Below, one piece after another: positions 12,248 to 22,501 of a stretch of DNA of 64,000 nt. Below the pieces are notes generated by a model, which did no database searches, was not told the DNA's origin, and saw nothing but the letters and a program-made list of their open reading frames with translations. The translations under genes were made by a program, and so were the position numbers. Source of the stretch: Balamuthia mandrillaris (taxonomy: Eukaryota); assembly GCA_031835245.2 (NCBI GenBank), contig JAVKOQ020000118.1, positions 1 to 64,000 on the forward strand. The letters run 5' to 3'. The stretch's first letter is position 1. The number at the start of each line of letters is the position of its first letter.

Positions 12248-14190
12248 TGCAACAGCTATGTGGACTTGCTTCCTTGGATGGAAAAGCTCGCTGCTGATAC
12301 TTCTTCAGCAAAGAGATGAAACCAAGGGAGTAGGTCTGCGTGCATGACACAACAGCTGTGCGGACTTGCTTCCTTGGGCTGAAAAGCTCGCTGCTGCTGA
12401 TGCTTCATTCAGCAAAGAGATGAAACCAAGGGAGTAGGCCTGCATGCACTATGCAACAGCTGTGTGGACTTGCTTCCTTGGATGGAAAAGCTCGCTGCTG
12501 ATACTTCTTCAGCAAAGAGATGAAACCAAGGGAGTAGGTCTGCGTGCATGACACAACAGCTGTGCGGACTTGCTTCCTTGGGCTGAAAAGCTCGCTGCTG
12601 CTGATGCTTCATTCAGCAAAGAGATGAAACCAAAGGAGTAGGTCTGCGTGCGCTACGCAACAACTGTGCGGACTTGCTTCCTTGGGCAGAAAAGCTTGCT
12701 GCTGATGCTTCATTCAGCAAAGAGATGAAACCAAGGGAGTAGGCCTGCATGCACTATGCAACAGCTGTGTGGACTTGCTTCCTTGGATGGAAAAGCTCAC
12801 TGCTGATGCTTCATTCAGCAAAGAGATGAAACCAAGGGAGTAGGTCTTCTTCAGCAAAGAGATGAAACCAAGGGAGTAGGTCTGCGTGCATGACACAACA
12901 GCTGTGCGGACTTGCTTCCTTGGGCAGAAAAGCTCGCTGCTGATGATGCTTCATTCAGCAAAGAGATGAAACCAAGGGAGTAGGCCTGCGACGCCACACA
13001 ACAGTCAGGCGGACTTGCTTCCTTTGATGGAAAACTCGCTGATAATTTCTTCAGCAAAGAGACGAAACCACAGAGTGAGGGTCTGGCGCCAAGCATTTAA
13101 TAATAACAACAGCTAAAGGACTTGCTTCCCAAGAAAGTCATTGACGATGCTTCATTCAGCAAAGAGATGAAACCAAGGGAGTAGGCCTGTGTGCGCTATG
13201 CAACAGCTGTGCAGACTTGCTTCCTTGGATGGAAAAGCTCGCTGCTGCTGATGCTTCATTCAGCAAAGAGATGAAACCAAGGGAGTAGGCCTGTGTACAC
13301 TACACAACAGCTGTGCGGACTTGCTTCCTTGGGCAGAAAAGCTCGCTGCTGCTGACACTTCATTCAGCAAAGAGATGAAACCAAGGGAGTAGGTCTGCGT
13401 GTGCTACGCAACAACCAGCGACTTGCTTCCTGGGCAGAAAAGCTCATTGATATCATTCAGAAGAGACGAAACCAGCGGGAGCAGGGAAGTCTGCGGTGAC
13501 GCTACACAACAGCTAAAAGCGGACTCTGCTTCCTGGACAGAAAAGTCATGGCTGATGCTTCCTATCCAGCAAAGAGATTTAAACCAAGGGAGTAGGCCTG
13601 CATGCACTATGCAACAGCTGTGTGGACTTGCTTCCTTGGATGGAAAAGCTCGCTGCTGATGCTTCATTCAGCAAAGAGATGAAACCAAGGGAGTAGGTCT
13701 GCATACGCTACACAACAGCTGTGCGGACTTGCTTCCTTGGACAGAAAAGCTCGCTGCTGATGATGCTTCATTCAGCAAAGAGATGAAACCAAGGGAGTAG
13801 GCCTGCATGCAATATGCAACAGCTGTGAGGACTTGCTTCCTTGGATGGAAAAGCTCGCTGGATACTCTTCAGCAAAGGAGATGAAACCAAGGAGTAGGTC
13901 TGGCGCCGCAGACGACACCAACAATTGTGCGGACTTGCTTCCTTACAGAAAGCTTGCTGCCGGGCGTCATTCAAAGTAAAGAGAGATGAAACCAAGGGAG
14001 TAGGCCTGCATGCGCTACACAACAGCTGTGCGGACTTGCTTCCTTGGATGGAAAAGCTTGCTGCTGCTGATGCTTCTTCAGCAAAGAGATGAAACCAAGG
14101 GAGTAGGCTGTGCAGACTTGCTTTCTTGGGCAGAAAAGCTTGCTGCTGACGCTTCAGCAAAGAGATGAAACCAAGGGAGTAGGTCTGGCT
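12248..14190. repeat. Tandem array of ~20 units of mostly 100-105 bp, partly alternating A/B subtypes
   Basis: The anchor ttcagcaaagagatgaaaccaagggagtagg occurs at about 12304, 12408, 12508, 12612, 12713, 12814, 12850, 12954, 13050, 13155, 13259, 13363, 13456, 13565, 13667, 13771, 13868, 13970, 14077 and 14153. Some copies are degenerate or truncated. Confidence 0.95.
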
Positions 14191-14489
14191 GGGATGAAGG
14201 ACAACATTCCTTTGAACCTGCTTACGCCCAGGCTTGATGCTGTTGCACCACCTGTGGTACGCGATGATCGGCAAACAAAAGAGCTGAAGCAAGAGTGGTA
14301 GTTCTGAGAGTGCATAAGATGTTCGGTTGGTTGGTTAGTTAGTTGGTGGTTCAAAAAAAAGAAACAAGAGAATGAGTTGAGAAGTAAGCAGGTTCCGAGC
14401 CAGCTTGTGTGTCGGTCCCCGAGGTCTTTATGGCTCTCATGTCGTCATGAAAGTCTCAAACATTTCGTCTCTTCCTTTTTCTCTTCTCA

Positions 14490-14744
14490 GCCTTCTGCTG
14501 CTTCCTCGCGTTCTCTGCCTCAGGCGGCTTCGCCGCCTTCGGCAGGTGGCCTTCAGCCACCCTCTAGAAGCCTGGTAGACCCACATTTTCAACAGAAAAA
14601 GTGGGAAAGCGACATTTGTCTCGCGATTCCACCGGAAATTGCACTTTTGCGGCCTTGGGCCGCTTCCTCGCGTTCTCCGCCTCAGGCGGCTTCGCCGCCT
14701 TCGGCAGGTGGCCTTCGGCCACCCTCTAGAAGGCCGGTAGACCC
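14490..14744. repeat. ~90-bp GC-rich direct repeat (2 copies), each with three stacked mini-hairpins
   Basis: gcttcctcgcgttctc(t/c)gcctcaggcggcttcgccgccttcggcaggtggccttc(a/g)gccaccctctagaag..ggtagaccc occurs at ~14500-14582 and ~14662-14744. Confidence 0.9.
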
Positions 14745-15781
14745 CTAACCCATCCAGCGATGTTTTGTGATCCTTGCTCCGTTTTTGGTTTGCGCAGTTT
14801 CAAAGGGCATTGTTCATCCTTGTGACCAAAACCACAGCAGTTGTCATACTGATTAGATTGCTTGTTTGAAGGTTTCGTGTTGTGTCGTTTGTCAGAGTTG
14901 AAGGATGGTTTTTCTTTTCCTTTTGGGTGGTTAAAAGAAGAAGAACCTTTGTGGTGTCGTCCTTGGCTATGGTTATGATAGCCGCCGTTTTGCTCTTGCA
15001 TTTTTCGATGAGCTTGTGCAATCTTCAATCGATATCCCATCTTTAAAGCATCTTTGACGCTCTTCTTGTCGTCGAGCTGGTTTTGCTTGATATGCTCGAT
15101 AGTCCAGCCGTATTCATCTGTCGGAATCAAAGAAAGGAGTTTATTGACGTAATGGTGAGCAGGAACTTCAACATCAAGTTCTCTGAGCGCAGCACAGAGA
15201 GAGTCGATTTTTGCCAGGTAGTCAATCATGTTGCCACTTTTGACCAGTCGAATTGTTTCGAACTCGTTGTCGTATTTTTTGATCATGTCTCTTTTAGACG
15301 CTCTAAATTGTCTAGTGAGAAAGTCCCAAAGCGAACATGAAGTCGGTAGCTTGTGTTGTCTGACTTCGTCGTAGAGAGAATCAGACAATCTTTCGATTAT
15401 GAGACCTTTTGCACGTTGGTCTCGTTTCTTCCAGGCACGAACTGCCGTTCATTTGTCTGAATCAACTTGCTTTTGTAGATCGATTAATTGTTGTTTCGCT
15501 CTTGCAAGTTCTTCGTTCATTTCTTCTTTTCTCTCTTTCCCTTTGGTAAACGAGGGAGCTGCATCCTTGTCAGAATCAGTATCTGATTTGTTGAGCGGTA
15601 AAAGAAGAGAAAAGACGGACTGCGAGGAGCATGAAGATGATTCTTCAGGTTCCTCTGGGCTTCTTTCTTCTCCATTCACTATGTCCCACACATTCTCCTT
15701 GATAAGGAGCTTTTCCATCTGGCGCTTCCATTGCCAGTAGTCACCGTCTTCCTGTAGACTTCGTACTTTTTCTGCCGACAT
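14726..15781 (-). pseudogene. Ty1/copia-type gag pseudogene with no pol
   Basis: The reading is DYWQWKRQMEKLLIKENVWDIVNGEE, an in-frame TGA at 15449-15451, then AWKKRDQRAKGLIIERLSDSL..LWDFL (UBN2-like gag). The zinc knuckle is degenerate (YDNCCGFGHKDEQCP). No protease, integrase or RT follows. Confidence 0.85.
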
Positions 15782-15921
15782 TTTCTTTGCGCAAAAGACT
15801 GGAATTTGTCCAGAGTTTCGAAGAAGCAATCGGAAAGTTTAGAAGAATGTAAGGAATGTAAAGGACAAAAAAAATTTGTGGGGAATGTGGAGAATGTGAA
15901 AGCAAGGGCACGTGCTAGTGT

Positions 15922-15933
15922 GGGCCCATAACC
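15922..15933 (-). promoter_or_regulatory. Copia-type primer binding site (half tRNA-iMet type)
   Basis: The minus strand reads ...gctCAACA-GGTTATGGGCCC: an LTR 3' end followed directly by the classic copia PBS. Confidence 0.8.
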
Positions 15934-16149
15934 TGTTGAGCAGTGGGAGCAAGCACAACCAGGAAGTGATGTGTGTTGAATAAGTATTTTTGTGCTAAAG
16001 AAAAAAATAACAAAGAAGAGTATAAATAGTAGAAGGTAGAGGGTAATTCCAAGAAGTAACCTAGAATCTGTGAAAAGAGAAGAATGATGAGAGAAGTTGT
16101 ATATGATGCTATGATAAGTTTGTCACCTATCAAACACTTCATTCCAACA
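15934..16149 (-). mobile_element. Putative 5' LTR of the copia remnant (distal boundary uncertain: 16149 or 16326)
   Basis: The inner edge is fixed by the PBS. Candidate outer edges read TGTTGGAAT (16149) or TGTTGAATAA (16326) on the minus strand. No second LTR is present in the window. Confidence 0.5.
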
Positions 16150-16710
16150 CTACCAAACCTGCCCTCATTTATGAGTTGCTTCTTTGTCTCTACACAACAG
16201 AAAAAGACAGCATTATTGATTTGCATCCCTCTGGGTGTATGGCCTTTGCTTGTTTAGCACAAAAGCATTGATATCTTGCTTTTCTACCCATTTTTTGGAC
16301 AATGAAAAAGAAAGCATTATTCAACATCTTAGTGCATTAACAGTAAACCTGTTGAAGGACAACATTATTCAACAGGGATTGGCCTTTCTACAACAATTTG
16401 TAGCTTCTTCTTCTCCTTTTTCTTTCCACTCCTCTACTGTCAAGTCAACTATATCCAAATATGCTTATTTAGTATCACAACAAAAGACAAAAATGAAAAA
16501 GAAGAATAAAGAAGAAAGTGATAGTAGTGATGAGTAATATAAGTAAGATTCTTTATTGTTCTTCTCTTGGACACAATAAATTTGGATTTTTTAAGGATTT
16601 TTCTGAAAAACCTAATTATTTTTGGTCAATCCTTTAATTTTTTTTTATTTATTTATTTTTCAAGTTAAAAGAATTTCCAAAAAGGGACGCCCTTTTTAGT
16701 TTAGAACTTG

Positions 16711-19700
16711 TTATTTGCTTTTATTTACTTCCTTACAACAAATACATTGAAAAATCCACCATTGTTTTCTATTAGAAATCAACTTAGCTTCTTCTTGTAT
16801 ACTTTCTTGTGTAAAGACTGTCTGCTTTTCATAATACAGTTGCTCAATAGCATTAACATACTGAGCAAGCTTTGCTCCATTGATACAATGCCTTTCATTT
16901 GTCTCATGTTTGTTGAATGTCATTGATGCTTTTTTCTTTGGCATTTTGTTTGTGACTATAACGAGTTGTGCCTCCTCTTTGCCAAATGCTCTCTGTACTA
17001 GCACCAATAACAAGTCAGAAAAGTGTATACTCTCTTCATCCACAGAATCCACTCCAATGTCCATTGGGTCTATATCAAAGAGTTGATTACTTGAAGACAT
17101 GTTTCGTGTAGCTGTGTGTTTGTCCACAAGACCTAAAGGTTTGCTAAGTTGTTGTAAAAAGATAGGCAAGTGCTCAACAGGAAGAGTTTCTGTTCTATCA
17201 GGATCAAATTCGCCCCACAACTTTGAAAAGCTGAACAAAAAACCAAATTAGTAATAGATAATATAACTAGAGAAAAGCCAAACCTGTCAAGATCCATCAA
17301 TGATACTGATCCTTTCTGCTCCAAGTCAGTAACAAAGCGGAAATTTTCAATGACAACAGCAACAAATAGCTGAACACCAATAAAAAAAACCAGCACATTG
17401 AATACTGCAAAGTAGATAAGTGACCATGGGCCTTTGACATTCATTACATCATGCATAATACCATTCCAATCTTCTCCAGTGGCCATCCTACAGACCAAAA
17501 GAAAGGCGAAATAAAAGTTTTTAAAGTTGACAATGTTGTCATTGAGCTGTTCTCCAGTGGTTATATCACTAAATAAGGCCATGCCTAGGATTGAAAATAT
17601 ATAAAATAGAATAAAGAGGACCAATCCTACATTGGCCATTGCTGGAAGAGAATAACTAACAAAATTGGGAGATTTTAGCTATTAACGAGAAGCAAGAAGG
17701 AAAAGGGGAAGCACAAAGAGCAGAGTGCCAGAGAATGAGAAGAGAGGAGAGATGAATCAGAAAGCAGAGAACATACACTAGAGCAGTAAAGAGAACGTAT
17801 AATGGCTTGATAACCTTGAATGACTTTAGCACTCTGAGTATTCGCAACACTCGAATTGCAGCCAGTGAGGGAAAAGCTGCTAAGCAGAGAGAAACAATGC
17901 TAAGCAATACAATAGCAAAGTCTAGAATGTTCCACCAATCCCCAAAATAGCGCTTTGGGAACCAAGCTGCTATCTTGGCACCCGCCTCCATTACATAAAT
18001 GACTGTAAATATAATGTCCATAATAACTGAGACAAGTATTGTGAGTCAGACCTAGAATAAATGAATTGACAGCAGAAAGATGTACATTGAAAGTCGGTAA
18101 ACGCTTGTGGCTGTTCGTAATGGTATGTAACCAACACGCAGATATTGGAAAATATTACAGCTGCAATGAAATACTCAAACGCAGGTCGTGTAACAATGTC
18201 ATAGAGCCATCGTCGTGCTTTCAGTTTTGGTTTTTGTATATTCCGCTTGATGCCAAGTTTCATTATCAACTGTTGCAGCTGTGAGAGCCTAGTTAAGGAA
18301 AAAAACAAATAAGACCATATGATGGTTGATAAAAAAAAAAAAGACAGTGACACAAAGAATAAGGATATGAATCCATTCTCTTTGCTGCTCTGTAAGAAAC
18401 ACCGTGCCCTTAAAGCTCTCTTCTAATCGGGTCTTGCTGAACTGATCGATGATGCCTCCAGTAAACAAGCCAAGCACCAACCAGCAGCACATCGGAATAT
18501 ATGCCAGAAAATACCACACATTATATGCGCTGACATCTCTCTGAGGTTGTTCATCTTCACCAGTGATATCCACCGCTTGAAATAACACCGTTTGAAAGTT
18601 CTCCAGTGACGCCATCTTGAACACTGTAAACAACGCTTCTCCAAAGTTGTCAAAGTTGTCATTTGGCGTGAGCCATTCTCTCTCTTCAACAACACCGTCC
18701 TCCGTTGTATAGTTGCCAAGACATTGTGCCTTCGAAGAAACAGACGAATCGTTGCAATAATCAAACTTTCCAACGAACAACTGGAGACCCAAAATAGCAA
18801 AAATGATCCAAATAAAGCCTGATATACATAGTAAGCTTGGCAGAACAGGTAGCGTCCTCATCATGGCTTTCAGCACAACCTATCCCACGATGAAAAGAAT
18901 AAGAGAGTGTTTTTGTAGTAGAAATTGATTTTTCTTTCGAAAAAAAAAAATAAAGCACAAACGCACCCGTGTTGGTGTAAAACGAATAAGCAAGCGGATT
19001 GGTCGAAAGGCCCGCAAGGCCCGTAAAAAAGCTAAATCGGTGCCGACAGGCATAAGCAGCAAACTGACAACAGAAACAAACACCACCAACGCGTCCATTA
19101 CATTCCATCCGCTACGAAAGTAGGCATAACGGTGTGCAAATAAACCCTAAATGACAAAGCGATATTCTGAGTTAAACATAAGCGCTGTTGAAAAAGGTGC
19201 ATTCTAAAATAAGACAATACACACCTGGCCTACCCATTTCATTAGCATTTCTATGAGAAAGATAACGGCAAGAGTAATGTCCAAAGAAAGGAATACAGCA
19301 AAAGGCACATCACCATCAAAGTGGAGTTCCACGGCAAGGGATATACAGCTAACCATGATAGCTATGCCGATGGCCGTCTCAAAATGGGGATGGGTGGTGA
19401 GGCGCAAGCAAAAAATGCGAACCGTGTTGTCTGGTGCAATTCCAAAAAGGGATTTATGCGCAAGACGTTTTTGTATTCTCTGCTCTCTTCGGTTTTCTCT
19501 TACTTGTGCGGTGGCAGACTTGTCTGCCTCTTCAACACTGACTGCTATGGAAAATGCATTTCCTTTGTTTGGAGTGAAATTAGTAGCCCAATTAAGCAGT
19601 AAAGGTTGTGTTTGTCCGACGAACCCTGCTCTTCCTCATTTGTTAAGCCTATCCTCAAAACCACTTTGTTCTGCTGCTGCGCTGACGATGTTTCAGCATC

Positions 19701-22292
19701 GCTGCCATTGCTATCCAACCACTCTTCCTCGCTTTCTTCATCCGAGTCCTTTTTGCTGATTTTATCGGGAATAGATTCCTGCTCTTGTCGTTCGTCTGCT
19801 TCTTCCTTTTCGTTGGCAAGATTCGTTGCTGCTTCCTTCTTGTCTGTGTGAGACGGTTCTTGTCCACTTTGGTTGTTGGTTCGGTCAGCTTGTGCTTGGT
19901 TGGAGGTGAGATCAAAACTTCCCAAAAGAATAGAAAGGAAGAGATTGAGGACGAGGAAGGAGCTGATTGTCAACATTGCGATAAAATAGACAGAAGCAGC
20001 CCACGAGGTCGCGCGGATAGCATCCCGCATGGCAAATACCCAGTCCGTGCCGGATATGAGCTGAAAGACCGTCATGAAGGACCAGAAGAACGAGTCAAAA
20101 TGAAGCCGAGGCTTTTCCTCTCCGGGAAAGTCGAACTTGCCGCCAAAGAGATACATTCCCATCACCGCGAAGATGAAAATCAACACCACCAGAAGCAAAA
20201 GGTTGTAGACAAGACTGCTTATCACTCTTCCGATAGTTTTGACCAACTGGTTGAGCGAATCCCAGAATCGAACAAATCGTAGTGTTCTCAACAACCGTAG
20301 TGCACGTAACGTGGTAACACCTGGAGTTGACCGGTCCGCTAGGACCACAAGAACTATTTCGACCCACCCGATAATGACCACCACGCAGTCGAATAGGTTG
20401 AAGCCGCTTTTGGTGAGATACTTCCACAAGCCCAAGGCGTACAGCCGTATGAAGATTTCCACCGTAAACAAACTGTTGAGTACGATGTTGGCAATGAAAA
20501 GGAAGTGCGTGTAGCTGTCTGGTTGGTCCTTGAAGACCATAGCCAGTATCACCGTGTTCAGTACTATGAGGCACATGATGGCGACCTCGAACCACCGAGT
20601 GTTGGCAACACGACGATCCACCCATGTGGCTCCGCTATAATACATCCTTCGTAAAGTAGTCCAGTGAGGAAACGAGTGCCCGTCCAATTGGTTCCATTCG
20701 TTGGCTGAAGGCCGTTTAAGCCAGTTGCATAAGCATTGCCATTTCCTGTGACATGCCCTAACCAGCTGCGTGCCTTTTGTTCCGTTCGGCTTTGTGTTTT
20801 TGCCCAGAGAACAGGTGTTGTGCTGTTCGGTCTGGTACAATTCACTTGACCTTAATTCTTTGTCTTGATCATGTTCACCTGATCTATCTTCCCTTGGTTG
20901 TCTCTCTGGTTCCTCTTCTCTTTCCGCAGCATTTAGCGATTCGTCCTCGTCACTGTCTTCAATTCTTAAGTCCTCTTCACCCTCTGCCTCATCTCGGAAT
21001 GTTCGCATTTCAACTTCTCGTGGTGATACTCTCTTTGCCGCGATATCCCTTCCACCCACCCTCTCAGTGTCTCCACCTCTTCCTTTTGTAGGCTGGTTCT
21101 GTGGTGTTTGTTCTCGTTTCTCGTTCTTTTGGTTGCTCTGTTGTTCGCCCTCTCCGAGACCATGATACGTGCTCTCTACAATGCCGAGAAAGAGGTTGAT
21201 AATGAAGAAGGCGCCAATAAAGACTACGACCAAGAAGAATAGGCCAGCAAAGTAGTTAGTTGCATCCATCACCAGGTACATGGTGGCGGTCCACTCCTCC
21301 ATCATGGTGCACTGGAACAGGTTGATTGTGGCTATCAAGAAGTTGTCGAAGGATACCGTACCAAATGCTGGATTGGTGTTGGTCTCCTGGCAGGTGGCCT
21401 CCTCCAGCCCCTCCACTTCATCACACTCCAAGCCCCCCACCACGGTATCATCCCTCACACAAGTTATGTCGGCATCGAAGAAGACCTCCATGGAAGACGA
21501 AGAGTTGGTTTCAGATGATGTTACGACGCAATGCTTTCGAAGTTGGCCACCAAAGAGAACTACAGAAGGTATGCCGAAGAGCAGGAAAAAGAGGCAGAGC
21601 AAGCCTAGCACGTTCACCACGTATGGTATGCTGAGAATGAGAGTAGCCACGATGCGACGCAGCTTGGGGATTGCTGACAACAGCCGCAACGTTCGAAAGA
21701 CCCTCACGACTCTTACCACGCTGGCCACGTTCGCCGTCTCAGCGCCTGACAGCTCCACTAGCAGCATCACCCAGTTCACCAACAGGATGATAAAGTCCAC
21801 CCAATTCCACCCGTTTCTTAGGTAGGCTCCTTTGTGGAGGATCAAGCCCAGGGCTAAGACTTTGAGCACCAGTTCCACCGTGTAGATCCCCAAGAAAACT
21901 TTGTCCGCTGTGTCCACCGCTCTGTTGCGCGGCGAGTCGGATGGGGCAGTGGGGTCTCCGCATGCCAGAAAGATGGCGTTAAGCAGAACCACCGTTATGA
22001 TAAAAGCTTCAAACCATGTGATCATCCATCATTCATTGAAAACAAGAGAAACATAGGAAGAGAAAGAAAGAAAATGAAAGTCAAGGAACTAATGGAACAA
22101 CATTTAAAGAAGAAAACAAACAGCACAACACATAAAAGAGAAAGGATATCTGCTGGTGACGACGGCAAGCAATGCCCGCCGGAGAGGGTTGTTGCTCCAC
22201 AAAAAGAACAAGGCACGTTTGGAGTGAAGCCCACAGCAGGAACCACCGCCACAGCGGGAAGAAGGACGTCCCTTTTTGTTGTCAGAGCGCAT
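16711..22292 (-). CDS. Four-domain voltage-gated Ca2+/Na+ channel alpha subunit (multi-exon)
   Basis: It has four S4 segments (VVRVVRVFRTLRLL, LRALRLLRTLRFVR, LRALRAFRPIRLL, IRVLRILRVLK) and four pore loops (TMMEEW, ISGTDW, ASLENF, ATGEDW). The C-terminus is EF-hand-like (WGEFDPDRT). The start could lie further upstream. Confidence 0.95.
18281..18368 (-). other. U12-type (minor spliceosome) AT-AC intron
   Basis: The donor is ATATCCTT, and the branch site TTCCTTAAC lies 11 nt before the terminal AC. Removal joins ...QREWI-Q-LQQLIMK in frame. Confidence 0.92.
22018..22149 (-). other. U12-type AT-AC intron
   Basis: The donor is ATATCCTTT, a branch-like TTCCTTGAC lies at 22080-22088, and the intron ends gatcAC. 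Removal joins NPLRRALLAVVTS-R-WFEAFII in frame. Confidence 0.88.
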
Positions 22293-22501
22293 CTGGCATA
22301 GCGTGGGGGTGTTCTCTCTTTCTTCTCCTCCTGCCACCAACCACCCCCACACACAGGGAGAGAGAGAGAGCATCCATTGTTGGGCTGCAGCCCAATTAAT
22401 TTGCAGCATTCCTTGAAGGGCCTGCAAAACAACTGCAGCCCTCGACCTCAGCTACTGCTGCACACCGAGGCTCGATCAGCAGAGCGGGTGAGAGAGCTGC
22501 T

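Noticed and set aside
12248..14190. CRISPR-like repeat-spacer array
   Set aside because: The variable part is only ~11 nt, recurs between units and is explained by CpG decay of one ancestral sequence. There are no cas genes and the context is eukaryotic.
12125..14354. Short ORFs in the array as a repeat protein
   Set aside because: Unit lengths (100, 101, 104 and others) do not preserve frame, and stops occur throughout.
15449..15451. Programmed readthrough or selenocysteine at the gag TGA
   Set aside because: The element has other lesions (knuckle Cys lost, no pol), so a CGA-to-TGA mutation is simpler.
6990..15933. DIRS-like retroelement (gag plus tyrosine recombinase)
   Set aside because: There is no RT/RNase H, the gag has a copia PBS and LTR edge, and the recombinase gene has spliceosomal introns. 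These are two separate elements.
15974..16374. 10-bp inverted repeats tgttgaataa/ttattcaaca as a MITE or solo LTR
   Set aside because: There is no target-site duplication, there are two alternative right ends, and the sequence is AT-rich.
19545..19625. Frameshift in the channel gene
   Set aside because: It is resolved by a GT-AG intron (~19623-19563) with a tactaat branch site.
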